From Mobula hypostoma (taxonomy: Eukaryota), in NCBI RefSeq assembly GCF_963921235.1, contig NC_086105.1, forward strand, positions 14,198,001 to 14,262,000: DNA of 64,000 nucleotides, in the 5' to 3' direction. A model generated the notes under the pieces. The model ran no database searches and had not been told where the DNA came from. It worked only from the letters and a program-made list of their open reading frames with translations. The number at the start of each line of letters is the position of its first letter. Position 1 is the first letter of the stretch. Below are positions 37,066-49,990 of the stretch, piece after piece. The translations under genes were made by a program, and so were the position numbers.

Positions 37066-37669
37066 GCTATACAGTATGAAAATAGGCTATTCAGCCCACA
37101 ATGTCCATGCTGTATTAATTACATCTGCCAGCACGTGACCGATAGCCTTCTATGTCAAGGAAATTCAGATAAAGGAAAAATATCTATGGGTATTATTCAA
37201 TGAAAAATAGTGATTGCAAATTTTGTCTAAGCTTTTGTCATCTGCTTATCATCCTCCTTCTTTCTGTTACTTTCAGTTTTGCCCGATTGCCTTTGTAAAA
37301 CTCATCGAGATAAATACACGTTATCCTGTTCAACGTGCATCGTTGAGTCAAGGTCATCAAAAGTAGACCAACCTTAAGTGAAGATGGAAAATTTGTGATA
37401 ACTCAAGGATCTAATAAATATGAACTTACTTATTTCAGATTTTAAACATTCATGCTCCATTTCAGTTTCTTGACCACTCTGTTTGTTAATAAATATGATT
37501 TTTAGACACTTAAACTACATTGAACATTCATATCTTTTACTTAATTTGGATTATGTTCAATTCTTTAACTTTTATCAAAATGGCTCTAGTGCCAGACCAA
37601 GGAAGAAAATTAAAGGAGGTAAAGTCAGTATATGGTTGAAAGTAATCTCACATGAAGGACACCTTCATA

Positions 37670-38930
37670 TGAAGAGCGTTTGATGGCTCTGGGCCTGTAG
37701 AATTCAGAAGAATGAGGAGTGGCCTCATTGAAACCTATCAAATGGTGAAAGGCCTTGGTAGACTGGATGTGGAGAGGATGTTTCCTCTGGTGGGTGCAAT
37801 AATGGGTGGCAGCTGGGAGTGGACCCAAATGCGAGGCACAGGTACTGAAGTACAAGGAACAGGACTAGGTTAGTCAAGAAAGCAAGAGAAATGGGGAAGA
37901 AAGGATGCTGGACATGACACAGGCCCTGGACGAGACAAGGATACAGGGCCTGGGCTAGGACTTGACTAGGATAGCAGAACCAGGACATGGAACTAGGAAC
38001 TAGAAGCCTGGGCATGGACTCCGAGCCAGAGACTGGACAAGGACCTGAAACATGGGTCTTGACTGGGGCTCGGATCCCGGATCTAGGTGAAGACATGATG
38101 AGCCTTGGGTTCTTCGAGGCTTGTGTATGGACTCCGAGCCGGAGACTGGGCAAGGACCCAGAAACTGGGACTTGACTCGGGCTTGGACTCCAGAACTAGG
38201 TGAGGACAAGACATGGCTCCAGGATGAGGAATGGCACCAGGACTAGACGTGAGTCTCCTGGACAGGACAAGCCAACCCCAGCACTGGGTTGGGCAAGGTA
38301 CTCCTGGACTGGGCGAAACACATGCACAAGACTAGAACACAAAGCCATGGCTTGGACAGGACAAGGTTCTTGGATCGTGGCTAGGGCTGGACGAGACCAT
38401 CTCGCTTTCAGAAGGAGGGGGTCAGAGAAGGGATTCAGACAGGGGGTTTGGACAGGAACAATCCAGCAGCCAGAGGCTGAATCCTGAAGCTATTTATGAA
38501 GCCAGCCCAAACGAGAATCAGCTGCCTCAACAGAAACCGGGGAAAACCAGAAAACCTGGAATAAGGAACATGGACCGGACCGTGAACCGGAATGCGGATT
38601 TCACATACCGGACCATGACAGTGAGAGAGTCTAAGATCAGAGGACACAGTTTCAGAATAGATGGGCATCCTTTTAGAAGGAAATGAGGAGGAATTTCTTG
38701 AGTAAGAAAGTGGTGAATCTGTGGAATTTATTGCCACAGGCAGCTGTGGAGGCCACGTCTTTATGTATATATAAGGCAGTGGTTGATAGAGGTTGACAGG
38801 GCATGAAGGGATACGGGGAGAAGGCAAGAGGATGGGTCTGAGAGGAAAATTGGATCAGCCATGATGAAATGGTGCAGCATATTTGATGGGCCAAATGGCC
38901 TAATTCTGCTCCTATATCTTATGGTCTAAT
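37670..38930 (+). mobile_element. CR1 3' end interrupted by a solo LTR
   Basis: CR1 sequence resumes after 38625; tcttatggtc tail. Confidence 0.8.
37795..38620 (-). mobile_element. Gypsy-type solo LTR with internal direct repeats
   Basis: TG...CA termini; TSD GTGGG (37790-37794) / GTGAG (38621-38625); repeated ggactccgagcc.gagactgg.caaggacc units. Confidence 0.8.
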
Positions 38931-38996
38931 GGTTTTATATCTCAGAGATTCCCTCGTCTATGATCAGACCTTCCTTTTATCAGAAAACATCACCAT

Positions 38997-39610
38997 CTTT
39001 CTTTTTAAATCTTTTTATTAATTTTCAAAATTATAAACTCAATAACAAAGTTGGTACAAAGAGATTGGAATAATCTTAATCAGCATATACAAAAAGGATT
39101 TTAAGTAACATAGGTATAATAGACTTCCAAACTCATAATGAAATTAGTCATAAAAAAAGAAATAAAAAGAAATATATATATAAACAAAGAAAAATCCATA
39201 AAAGAAAAAGAGGAAAAAAACCCCAAAAAGAAACAGAACAAAACAGGGCTAGACCAATATCTTGAATCAGACACGTTCAGTAATGTCGTCAACTCCGCTC
39301 CTCTATTCATATAATTTAAGTTTAAAAAAAGATCCGGAAAGATCAGATTACATCATGTGAAAATGTTGCATAAAAGGTTTCCAAGTTTCTTCAAATTTAA
39401 CCGAAGGGTCAAAAATATCACTTTTAATTTTTTCTAAATTTAAACTTAATATAGTTTCAGAAAACCATTGGAATGTAGTAGGAGGATTGATTTCCTTCCA
39501 GTTTAACAAAATAGATCTTCTAGCCATTAAAGTAACAAATGCTATCATCCGACAGGCTGAAGAAGACAAAGATCTATGTTCTACCATTGGCAATCCAAAA
39601 ATTGTCGTCA
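38997..39610 (-). mobile_element. L1/Tx1-clade LINE 3' end, related to 11122-13522
   Basis: IAFVTLMARRSILLNWKEINPPT...LNLEK matches the C-terminus of the first copy; T-rich (polyA) end. Confidence 0.85.
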
Positions 39611-39845
39611 TGCATTCTTTCCATTAGCATCAGTCAATCCCCCTATCATCATCAGTCAGTGATCCCCCCCCCATCATCATCAGCCATTTCATCACCATCA
39701 GACCTTCACTCCATTACCTTCTGTTCCCTCTTCACCATCATTGGTCACCTCCTCCAAAAGATGTCCCTTCTTCACTATTCGACATGCCCTCCCTTACCAT
39801 CAGTATCTGCAGCAACATCAACCACCGACCCCAGCACCATGATGC
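39610..39845. repeat. CAT/CCA-rich low-complexity tract
   Basis: Degenerate (catcat/caccat) repeats. Confidence 0.5.
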
Positions 39846-39897
39846 CTCTCAAAAGGAAAATAGATTGATGTAAGCCAGCAAACCTGAAATGCATTGT

Positions 39898-40280
39898 TAA
39901 AGGACTTGGTGGCGGGTTGGAGATATGTCTCTGCCAAAGGAAGTGTAAGGCACTCCTTCCCTCTGTTAGCCTGCAGGTAACCCTTAGGCAAGGTGAGGCA
40001 CCTGCTTAGTCCCCCAATAAGTGTCAGGTAAATCCATAGGAGCAGGTCGTGGATGGTCATACGAGCAGCTGGTGCATGTCACCGGTCCTGATTATGCGAC
40101 CACTGATACCAGGAAGGCAATCTCTGAAGAGAATTGATAATGGCTGTGGTCACCCATCTTGTGACGAAACTGCCCAGAAGAAAGCAATGGCAAACTACTT
40201 CTGTAGAAAAACTTGGCAAGAACAATCATGGTCAAAGACCATGATTGCCAATGTCATATGAAATGACACATAATGAACAA
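39898..40280 (+). mobile_element. RTE-tail SINE
   Basis: 3' part aaagcaatggcaaactacttctg...ttggcaag resembles the RTE/BovB-type tail; a second tail fragment lies on the minus strand at about 46156-46240. Confidence 0.6.
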
Positions 40281-40779
40281 ACAATTTGCTAACTCTATAC
40301 ATCTAATTAGTGCATTTTGTAAAGGAAATTACATGCTTATACAGTGTCAAAACAATGGAGAATGTGTTCATTACGGCAAATTGCTGGAAGAAAAATGGAC
40401 TCTCCTAATGAGCAAAAAGCATTTTAAAAAATTATAAATAATCTTCCCGTGAATAGCACCTTTGCTGAGGCAGGGAGATATTGAAGCCAAAGTCTTCAGA
40501 TATTTTTCTAATTGCTTCTACTGTACAAAAACTATAATAACATTTCTTCTGTCACCATGGGCATTTCACATCCATGGTTGAATTGCAACAAAAAATATTT
40601 CTGAAATTTTTATTATACAAATAGTTGCCATGGAAAAGTCGGCAGGCCAGAGGGCTGCGATGTTTACTTAAATGAGACTTTGGAAATGCCTCTAACGGCT
40701 TTCTATCCCCACTGGAGTGTGAAGGAGCAGAAATATCAGTGCAAAGAAGGATTACACCTCACAGCTTTTACGCAATGTG

Positions 40780-41066
40780 CCATGGCAGTGTAGTGGTCAG
40801 CACGACACTATTACAGCTCAGGGTGTTCTGGAGGTTGGAGTTCAATTCTGGCATCTACTCCTGTAAGGAATCTCTGTACATATTCCCCGTGGAATGTGTG
40901 GATTTTCTCCAGATCCTCCAGTTTCCTTCCACAGTCCAAAGACATACTGGGTAGGTCAATTGGCCATTGTAATCAGGTGATTAGGTTAGGGATAATCAAG
41001 TTTGTCAGGGATTGCTGGGGTGGCCTGGAAGGGCCTAGTCCACACTGCATCGCTAAGTAAACAATG
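40780..41066 (+). mobile_element. tRNA-derived SINE
   Basis: gtgtagtggtcagc A-box, gagttcaattct B-box and V-SINE-like body. Confidence 0.7.
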
Positions 41067-41698
41067 AATTAAGGGGACGTACAGCACATCCTCACTTCAG
41101 CCACAATACAACATCGCATAAAATTGTCTAAAAGACATTGAGGAAGAGTCAAGTAATTTCCAGGCGCGTGGATTTGGCATGAGGGGCACTTGTTGTTGGG
41201 ACACTTGCTTTCTTTGTTTCTTGTGTGGTCTACATTATTTAACATTTCACTTGTGTGAAGATCTATTTGCATATATAAACACCCACGCACATAGAAAACT
41301 GCAGGTCAGATGCTGGGGGGGGGGGTGCAATCATTCTTTGCAGTCACATATGCTGCTGGTGCGGTTTCACACTCCTGTTAGAACAGATGGTGATCGTAGG
41401 TGGGTGGGGGTTTATTTTAGAGAACACAATGTTGAACTAGAGCTGCATTATTCTACGATATATTTGTTCTATTTTCATGGTGCGAACGTTCTCAACTGAA
41501 CATTTATCAGCTTTACTCGAGATCTTTCCCCCATAACTTATTTTCTGTTTGAGTTCACACATTAATTTTTCCAACTCAGCAAATGTGGTGAGAAGTTCTA
41601 TTTATATATGTTTAACTGATCAGAGGAGTGCTTTTCATTGTGTAAAAATTATCCTTTCATTTCCCTTCTAATATTACTGCTTTGTTCCAACTATCATA

Positions 41699-42457
41699 CA
41701 CTCAGTGACCACTTTATTGGTTACCTCCTGTACCTAATAAAATGGCATTGAGTGTGTATTCACGGTCTTCTGCTTTTGCAGCCCATGCACTGTGAAATTT
41801 GACATGCCGTGCATTTGGAGATGCATTTCTGCACACCTGTGTTGTAATGCAAGGCTTCTTGAGTTAATGTTGCCTTCCTGCCAGCTTGGTTGGAGAGAGT
41901 AGTGTTTGGGTGTTTTTGGTTTGCTTTTTAACTGGTTCAGCACAACATTGTGTTCAAAGTTCAAAGTACATTTATTAACAAAGTTTGTATACATTACACA
42001 ACCTTGAGATTGGTCTCCTAACAGGCAGACAGATGGTCTGCTTCTGTTCTGTACTGTGCAAAGTTCTATGCTCTAAAAAGCCAGTCGTGCCATTGCTCTG
42101 ACCACTCTCATTAACAAGGCATTTTAACTGCCGTTCGCTGGATGTTTCTTTGGGGTTCCTTTCACCATGGTCTGTCAACTCTAGAAACTGTTACGCATGA
42201 AAATCTCAGGAATTCAGCAGTTTCTGAGATATGCAAACTACCCCATCTGGCACCAACAATTATTCCACGGTCAAAGCCACTTGGACATAGAGACACATTT
42301 CTTCCCCATGCTGATGTTTGGTCAGAGCAACAATTGAATGCTTGATCATGTCTGTATGTTTTTATACATTGAGTTGCTGCCACATAATTGGCTGAATTGA
42401 TATTTTCACTAACTAGCAGCTGTACAGGTATACCTAATAAAGTGGCCACTAAGTGAA
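41699..42457. mobile_element. Tc1/mariner-like MITE
   Basis: TIRs cactcagtg.ccactttatt.g.tac ... tacctaataaagtggccactaagtg; TA at left flank. Confidence 0.7.
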
Positions 42458-43062
42458 TTTCTCTTTATCCTATGTCTACATATGTGACGTATGTGTAGTT
42501 TCAGCTCAGGCATGTATCCTGGGTGGAAACCCGTTGATCAACAGCAAATTGTCTGTGCACATAAATCACAAAGCTTAATTTCAGCACTCTGAAAAGAATT
42601 AAGTCATTGTAGACCAGCGATAAAACTCTGTTCCGAGAACGTGTCTTTATCACCAGGATGAGTGGTACTAATAATAATTAACAATAATGAGCTATATTTT
42701 AATCTTATCCCCTGCCATTAGCACTGCACGATTTCCATGGTTGAGAAGCAGTGGGAAAAGGAAATTTATCATTAACACCTCCCAGCAGACATTGGGCTGT
42801 ATCTTGACCTTCAGAGTCTGTTGACATATTATAAGTTAAAGTTCAGGTAATTAGTAATTGGAACCTAATCTATTTTAAATCCCAAACACGAGAAAATTCT
42901 ACAGATTAAATACACCCAGTTCTGTTTTTAACTCATACAGGTGACCAATCTCCTTGTGGAAGACGGGTTGTTAATTAAATGTATTATACAGAGGCTGTTT
43001 TAATTTTTACAGTTGTTCCAATTTTAACTAATGTTAGACCGCTTTCTCAAGCCTTGGTAAAT

Positions 43063-44435
43063 TTCAGAGTTCAAAGTAAAGTTATCAGAGTACATACATG
43101 TCACAACATACAACGCTGAGATTCTTTTTCTGCTTCGCTGTGAACTGTAAACGTCAGGAACTATGAACTGTAAACAAACTGTGCAAATACAGATATAAAT
43201 AAATTGCAATAAATAATGAACATGAAATAACATAGTAACATCCATCAACATAACAAAATAACGGAGCCCTTAAATGAGAGTAGCTATCCCCTTTTGTTCA
43301 AGAGCCTGATGGTTGAGGGGTAGTAATTGTTCTTAAACCTGGTGGTGTGAGTCCTGAGATATCTGCACCTTCTATCTGATGGCAGCAGCGAGAAAAGAGC
43401 ATGGCCTAGGTGGTGAGGATCTTTAATGATGGATGCTGCTTTTCTACAGCAACAGTTCACGTAGATGTGCTTAATGGTTGGGAGAGTTTTCTGCTCAAAG
43501 GCATTGCTGTTCCCATCCCAAGCCGTAATGCAGCCAGCCAGCAATCTTTCCACCACACATCTACAGAAGTTTGTCAAGGTTTTCGATAACATGCTGAACC
43601 TACACAGACCCCTGAGGAAGTAGAGGCCCTGTAGTGCTCTCTTCGCTATAATATTTAAATGATGGGTCCAGGTCAGGTCCTCTGTGATAGTCACACCCAG
43701 AATTTTAAAGTTACTGACCCTTTCCACCTCTGATCCTCTGATGATTACTGGTTCATAGACCTCTGGTTTCCCTCCCCTGAAGTTTACGATCAGTTCCTTG
43801 GTCTTATTGACATTGGCTGTTGTTATTAAACCACTCAGCCAAGTTTTCAATCTCCCTCCTGTGTGCTGATTCATCACTCCTTTGATACAGTCCACAACAG
43901 TGGTGTCATCAGCAAACTCTTATATGGTGTTGGAGCTGTACTTAGTCAGCCAGTCATGGGTGTAAAGTGAGTAGATCAGGAGGCTAAGCACACAGTCCAG
44001 TGGTGCTCCTGTGCTGATGGAGATGGTGGAAGAGGATTTTTTCCAACCCAAACTGACTGGGGTCTACAGGTGAGGAAATCCAGGATCCAATTACACAAGG
44101 GGGTATTGACACCCAGGTCTTGGAGTTTACTGCCTAATTTTGAGGGGATGATGGTGTTAAGTGCTGAGTTGTAATCAATAAAGAGCTTTCTGATCTATGT
44201 ATCTTTGCTGCCCAGATGTTCCAGGGTTCTGTGAAGAGCCAACGAGACAGCACCTGCTGTAGACCTGTTGCTTCAGTAGGTGAATTGGAGCGGATTCAAG
44301 TCACCATTCAGACAGGAACTGATATACTTCAATACCAGCCTCTCAAAACACTTCATCATTGTGGATGTAAGTGCCACTGGGCGATAGACATTTAGACAGG
44401 TTACCACAATCTTCTTGGGCACTGTACGATTGAAG
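43063..44435 (-). mobile_element. Rex1/Babar LINE RT 3' part
   Basis: NVNKTKELIVNFR, VERVSNFKILGV and FSLLPSDRR motifs; upstream FADDTTVV and [15 protein letters not shown] remnants. Confidence 0.9.
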
Positions 44436-45121
44436 CATCATAGGCTCTCTTCAAAGATCAGAAGGAACAGCAATATTTTATCCTTGTCCAAATAATAACC
44501 CAATCAAAGAGCCCGCAAGCCCATTACCACCTCTCCAGAATCTGTACCCCTCACCAGATCAGATACCCCTTCCAACACCATTGAGACTCTCAACACAAAT
44601 GCAATTGTAGATATTGGAGTGAACTCACACAAGCCCCTCCCTTCCTCAGCCCTCAGGCCCTTGTTTTACAAGTATTAAGACTTGTGGTCTACAGCCTACA
44701 AGATCTCTATAATCCATTATTAAGATTTTTACCAAATATTAGATACCTTGATCACCATTGAATACCATTGTTTTCATATTTCCCCACCTCCCCTCAGCTG
44801 GAATCTAACTGCTAGGCCACTTTACTTGGCTGTGGCCTTTTGCATTCAATAATCAGCCTGATTTTGTGACAATGATAAAAAAGACAAGCTTAAAGAAGTC
44901 TACTGATCAACTGCTGGTCATCCAAGGAACACATTCTTTCAAATTTCTTGCTCTTAAAACATAAATCCTCATGTAGACCTCTCAAATGGGTTAATAAACT
45001 GGTAAGAGTTTCAGTGAAATGAAAAATAATGCTTGATTCATTAATTCATCATTGAAAAACATCAATGAAATAATTTAATTCAACTTAATTCATTGTTGTA
45101 ATAATTTAATGATTCTGATAA

Positions 45122-45860
45122 CACTGGGCAACAAAGATTTTGTGTCCTGAATACTTTTGGGTACCCCTTATGGATTTTGGGCTGCTGATCATGAAAATCA
45201 CCATGAAATTTCTCTTTCATGCACCTTTTTTGAAAATCGCCTATAATTGTAATTTCAATTCATAACTCAAGTCAGAATAATTGATGCCAAGATTAAGGAA
45301 TGCACTTTTGTTGGTCCACAAATCGAACAGGTCATCAATGATAGGCAATTTGTCATTTGCCTACTGGGACTGGAGAAAATCACATGGAATGTATTCAAGG
45401 ATGTTGTTGAGAATTATCTAGGCAATGACACAGCACCAAGCTGCATGCAGCTGGCTGGCAACATGCTTCAAGCATACAAAACCATGAAGTGCAATATGTC
45501 ACTAAAGATTCATTTTCTGCTTTCACATTTAGACCTCTTCCCTGCAAATGTTGGTGCTATCAGTGACGAGCATGGTGAAAGGTTTCACCAGGACTTTGCA
45601 GTCATGGAGAAATGGTATCAGGAAACTGGAATCCATCAGAGTTGGCTGATTACTGTTAGACACTTAAGTGAGAAGCCTCAGACACTAAGTAAAAATGAAA
45701 ATCATCAGTAAAACATTTTTAGCTCAGTTGAACTATTGCAAGGCGTCAGCACTATCATGTAATTAAAGGCATTATATTCAATAAAAGTTAATTTCTTGTT
45801 TCTCCAAATTCCTACGTGATTCAAGTAGTCTGAAATTATACTTGTGTTTAGCTTCAAGCA
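45122..45860 (+). mobile_element. Chapaev(3)-like DNA transposon remnant
   Basis: Begins CACTGGGCAACAAA; encodes CNMSLKIHFLLSHLDLFPANVGAISDEHGERFHQD, a transposase C-terminal motif I associate with Chapaev3. Confidence 0.55.
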
Positions 45861-45864
45861 CCAT

Positions 45865-46070
45865 TACCTACTGTACGCTGGGAAGTAATTCACAGGAGGC
45901 AATTAACCTACCCTACCAGCTCATCTTTGGCGTGTGGAAGAAACTGGAACATGTGAGGTCTTTGGAAGAACATGCAAACTCCACACAACCAGTGCCCTAG
46001 ACCAGAATTGAACCTGAGTCTCTGGTGGGGTAAGGCAGCAATGTTAACTGTTGTGCTACCATATTGCACT
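45865..46070 (-). mobile_element. tRNA-derived SINE
   Basis: Reverse-complement A/B boxes and V-SINE-like core. Confidence 0.6.
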
Positions 46071-46444
46071 ACCAGACTGCCCAGGATCATTTTTCTGTGA
46101 GATTCAACAGCTTTAATGAAGCTGCAATAAATTAGTAGTTTGTTCATTTATAATACGTGGGCGATCGTGGCCTTTCCATGACCATAATTGTTCTTAGCAT
46201 TTTTTTTATCAGAAGTGGTTTGCCATTGCCTTCTACTGAGCGGCAGTAATTAATAGTAGTTGAAAATATTTAAAAAATTTAGTGAATGTATTTTTTTGAG
46301 TCTAAGCACTTTGTTGGCATGGATTACGTAAACATTTTGGGACTATATAACCTATTATATTTGAGTTTGAAGATGCTCAGTTCACTCCACATTGAGAATA
46401 AATTATATTTTAATGAAGGCTCTGGCAGGATATTATTGAGAATC

Positions 46445-46463
46445 TAGTGCCACCTGCAGGTGA
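46445..46463 (-). promoter_or_regulatory. Candidate CTCF site / palindromic double E-box
   Basis: Minus strand TCACCTGCAGGTGGCACTA fits the CTCF core CC[AT][GC]CAG[GA][TG]GGC[AG]CTA and contains the perfect palindrome CACCTGCAGGTG (46451-46462). Confidence 0.55.
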
Positions 46464-47371
46464 CAATGTTACATGGTTTTGAAGACTTCTCAACTCAGCC
46501 AATGAGGAGTGCTTCATTCAGTGGAAATATTAATACTCCATCTTGAGGGTAAGGTTTTAAATTGAGGGCTGGTGGACACATGACCTATAGACAGGAGAGA
46601 AAACCAAGTTCACTGTTCTACATTGATTTTTTTGGGGAGCAGAACCAGGCTGATAATCTAAATCACACTGAGTGCCAATGATGTATAATATCTGTTATAA
46701 CAGGGGTTCCCAATCATTTTTTATGCCATGAACCCCTACCATTAACTGAAGGGTTAATTCCCACTCAAACTGCAGTGAGAATACACATTTTCATTGTATA
46801 TTCCTACAAATTTATAAATAAGTTGATAGGAGAGTTATGAAGATTACATGGACTGTGACCAGAGAAACTACCTAAAACTAAACATCTTATCTCAATAGTG
46901 CACTGGGAAACTTGCAGGCCATAAGGCATTTTCTTTAGTACTGAGGGATGTCAATTTCCTGGAGATGGGCTTAGGATTTCTCCTGGAGATTTCCTGGACA
47001 TTACATATCCTGTATTTCTCCAGGCACTGCAGAAGGCAAAAGAATGAAGTGAACTTTACTATCTCCTCATATTTCCCCTTCCCTTCTGAAGGAAGTTATC
47101 AGCAGCAACAGTATAATTATCCAGAGCTTCCTGAAAGGTCCACTCAAGCTACCCAGTGCCCAGATCCAAGAGCTCAAGTTTATTATTGTGAGAAGTGAGC
47201 TTAAGGGGGATATTTAATTAATCTTCAAGCTCCTTTCTGTAATTCCCCTCATATTTGCAAATGTCCAAAGGCCTATTCATCTGTCAGCACTCCAGCCAGT
47301 GTCACTAACTTATAAACAGCATTTATTTATCTTCATATTCTGGCAGATGGCTGAGAAATCTTCTACTAACC

Positions 47372-48648
47372 TTCAAAGTTCAACGTACGTTTATTATCAA
47401 AGTACGTACGCAGTATACAACCCTGAGATTTGTCTTCCCATAGACAGCCGCGAAGCAAAGAAACACCATGGAACCTGCTCAAAGAAAATATCAAACAACC
47501 AATGTGCAAGAAAGGACAAAGCATGCAAACGGCAAAGAAATGAGTGGAAAACACAGAATATAAACCATCAAACCACAGATTCATTGAAACAGTCTAGAAA
47601 TGTTCAGTTTAGTTCAGTTTATTTTGATTTAGTGCCATGTCATTTGTTGACTGCAGGCCACTCCGATCAAAATCACACAAAACAGCAATAAACTAGAAAC
47701 CAGAAACACATCGTAACATGAACTGCAGCGTCTAATCCACAAATCACATTGTCCACAACTGTGTGGCTAAGCGCAGCTCAAATTTCATCAATAAACTTGC
47801 TAATGATACAACCATTCTTGGCAGAGCTTCAGATGGTGATGAAAGGGCATTACAGGAGTGAGATATACCAGTTAGTTGAGTGGTGTTGCAGCAACAATAT
47901 TGTACTCAACATAAGCAAGACCAAAGATCTGATCGTGGACTTCAGAAAGGGTAAGATGAGGGAACACAAACCAATCCTCATTGAGGGATCAGAAGTGAGC
48001 AACTTCAATTTCCTGGGTGTCAGTATCTGTGAGGGCCTAACCTGGGTGTAAGATATTGATGCAGCTATAGAAAAGACAAGACAGTGACGATATTTCATTT
48101 GGAGTTTGAGGAGATTTGGCTTGTCATCTAAAACACTCGAAAACTTCTACAGATATGCTGTGAGGATCATTCTGACAGGCTGTATCACTGTCTGGTATGG
48201 GGAGGCTACGTAAGTCAATGGAGTCAGCTCCATCAAGGGGATGAGCCTCCATAGTATCCAAGACATCCACAAGGAGCAGTGTCTTAGGAAGGCGACGCCC
48301 ATCATTAAGGATGCCCACCACCCAGGACATGCTCTCTTCTCATTGTTACCATTGGGAAAACGTACAGAAGCCTGAGGGCACATACTCAGGAACAGCTTCT
48401 TCTCCTCTGCCATCCAATTTCCAAATGGACACTGAACCCATGAACACTACCTCACTTTTTTATTTCTTTTTTTTTGCATTAATTACTTTAAGTTAACTAT
48501 TTAATAGACATATATACAGTATATATTTAGTGTAATTCATTTTTTCTCTATATTTATTTATCATGTATTTCATTGTACTGCTGCCATGGAGTTAACAAAT
48601 TTCATGACATATGCCAGTGATTTTAAACCTGATTCCGATTCTGATTAA
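47372..48648. mobile_element. Rex1/Babar fragments (minus 3'UTR about 47372-47750; plus RT 3' end about 47755-48648)
   Basis: LVEWCCSNNIVLNISKTKDLIVDFRKG and tail cctgattccgattctga. Confidence 0.8.
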
Positions 48649-49774
48649 ACCTTGTCCAAGACCCAAGATGACCACACTATCCTCCAGCAGCACTGGGCGA
48701 GAGGGAGAGAGAGACCAGTCAAACGGAGGCAGTTGGCACTGAACACACGCTCATCTTCCGCTCTCGTCCTCGTTGATATCAATCTTGCTCAACGCTTTCA
48801 TCAGCAAAATCAGCAAGAAATGGAGTTGATCATGGGAACTCCAGGCCACACACTCTGCTCAAATCCTCACCGAACTCCCTCGCAGTCAGCAAAGCACCAG
48901 ATCATTCAATCAGCCCAACACACACCCATCAAAACATAAGTCACAGGTTCCAATAATAGCAGAATCATATTTCAAAGAAGAGGTGAAAGAAGAAAAAGAA
49001 AAAGAAGTAGTTTCATGAACTGCCTGAAGGACGTTGGTCACCAGCATTTATTCCATTGATCTCAATTCTGCTCCCACCCTGCCTCCATCCAGCCTGAATG
49101 GAGACACAGATGCCTTGATCCTTGCTTTGGTCCTTACCTTTCCTCCTACCAACCCTCACATACAGCACAATATCCAGTTAATCACTCACATGAATAATAC
49201 CAAAATGCAAAGAAACCTGGAAAAGCCTATCCTGGATTACCATGGGATATACTTCGTAGCCAGCTTCACCAACACTCGCATCTATGGCACTATGCAAGTT
49301 TTCAGCAGCCTGGTCACATTGTAAGTCCACTTTAAGACAATGCTCCTGGACAAACCCAAACAGGTGTATGACTGTAAGCCTTTTCTGAAGATCTTGAAAT
49401 TCCCTGGACCGGGTGGGTGAGTGGGCTCAGGGGCATATGATAAATTCCCCTCCAGCTTCTGCGTCTCTGTTAGCCTGACATCAGTAGCCTTCAAGCTCAT
49501 ATCTGACATTAAACACAAGAAATCCTGCGGATGTTGGCAATCCAAAGCATCTTCGTGGGCCCTCAGCTCCCAGTGGAACACAGGCCATTGATGACCTCCC
49601 AACTCCATCATCCAACATTGATGGTATGGTTGGTGTTTGTTAACACTTCTGCAATCCATTGCATCCACTGAACCCAGGAATGGCCTATACAGCTTCACCT
49701 GTGCCCTGTTGGTCGGCTTTACCTGATTCCACCTCTCACAACAGGGACGCAGAGTTGGACTTCGAGAGGCGGAA

Positions 49775-49990
49775 GTCCAAAGCCACACACACAGAATGCC
49801 GGAGGAACTCAGCAGGTCAGGCAGCATCTATGGAGATGAATAAACAGTTGACGTCTTGGGCTGATACACTTCTTCAGAATTGGAAGGGAAGGGGGAAGAC
49901 GACAGAATGAAAAGGCGAGGGGAGGTGAAGGAGGATAGCTCAGAGATGATAGGTAAAGCCGAGTGGGTAGATGAAGGAATCTGATAGGAA
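49775..49990 (-). mobile_element. Penelope tail fragment
   Basis: ggaggaactcagcaggtcaggcagcatc and a degenerate hammerhead. Confidence 0.7.

Noticed and set aside
37900-38400. Spaced direct repeats resembling a CRISPR-like array
   Set aside because: Irregular internal repeats of a eukaryotic solo LTR; no constant repeat/unique spacer structure and no cas genes.
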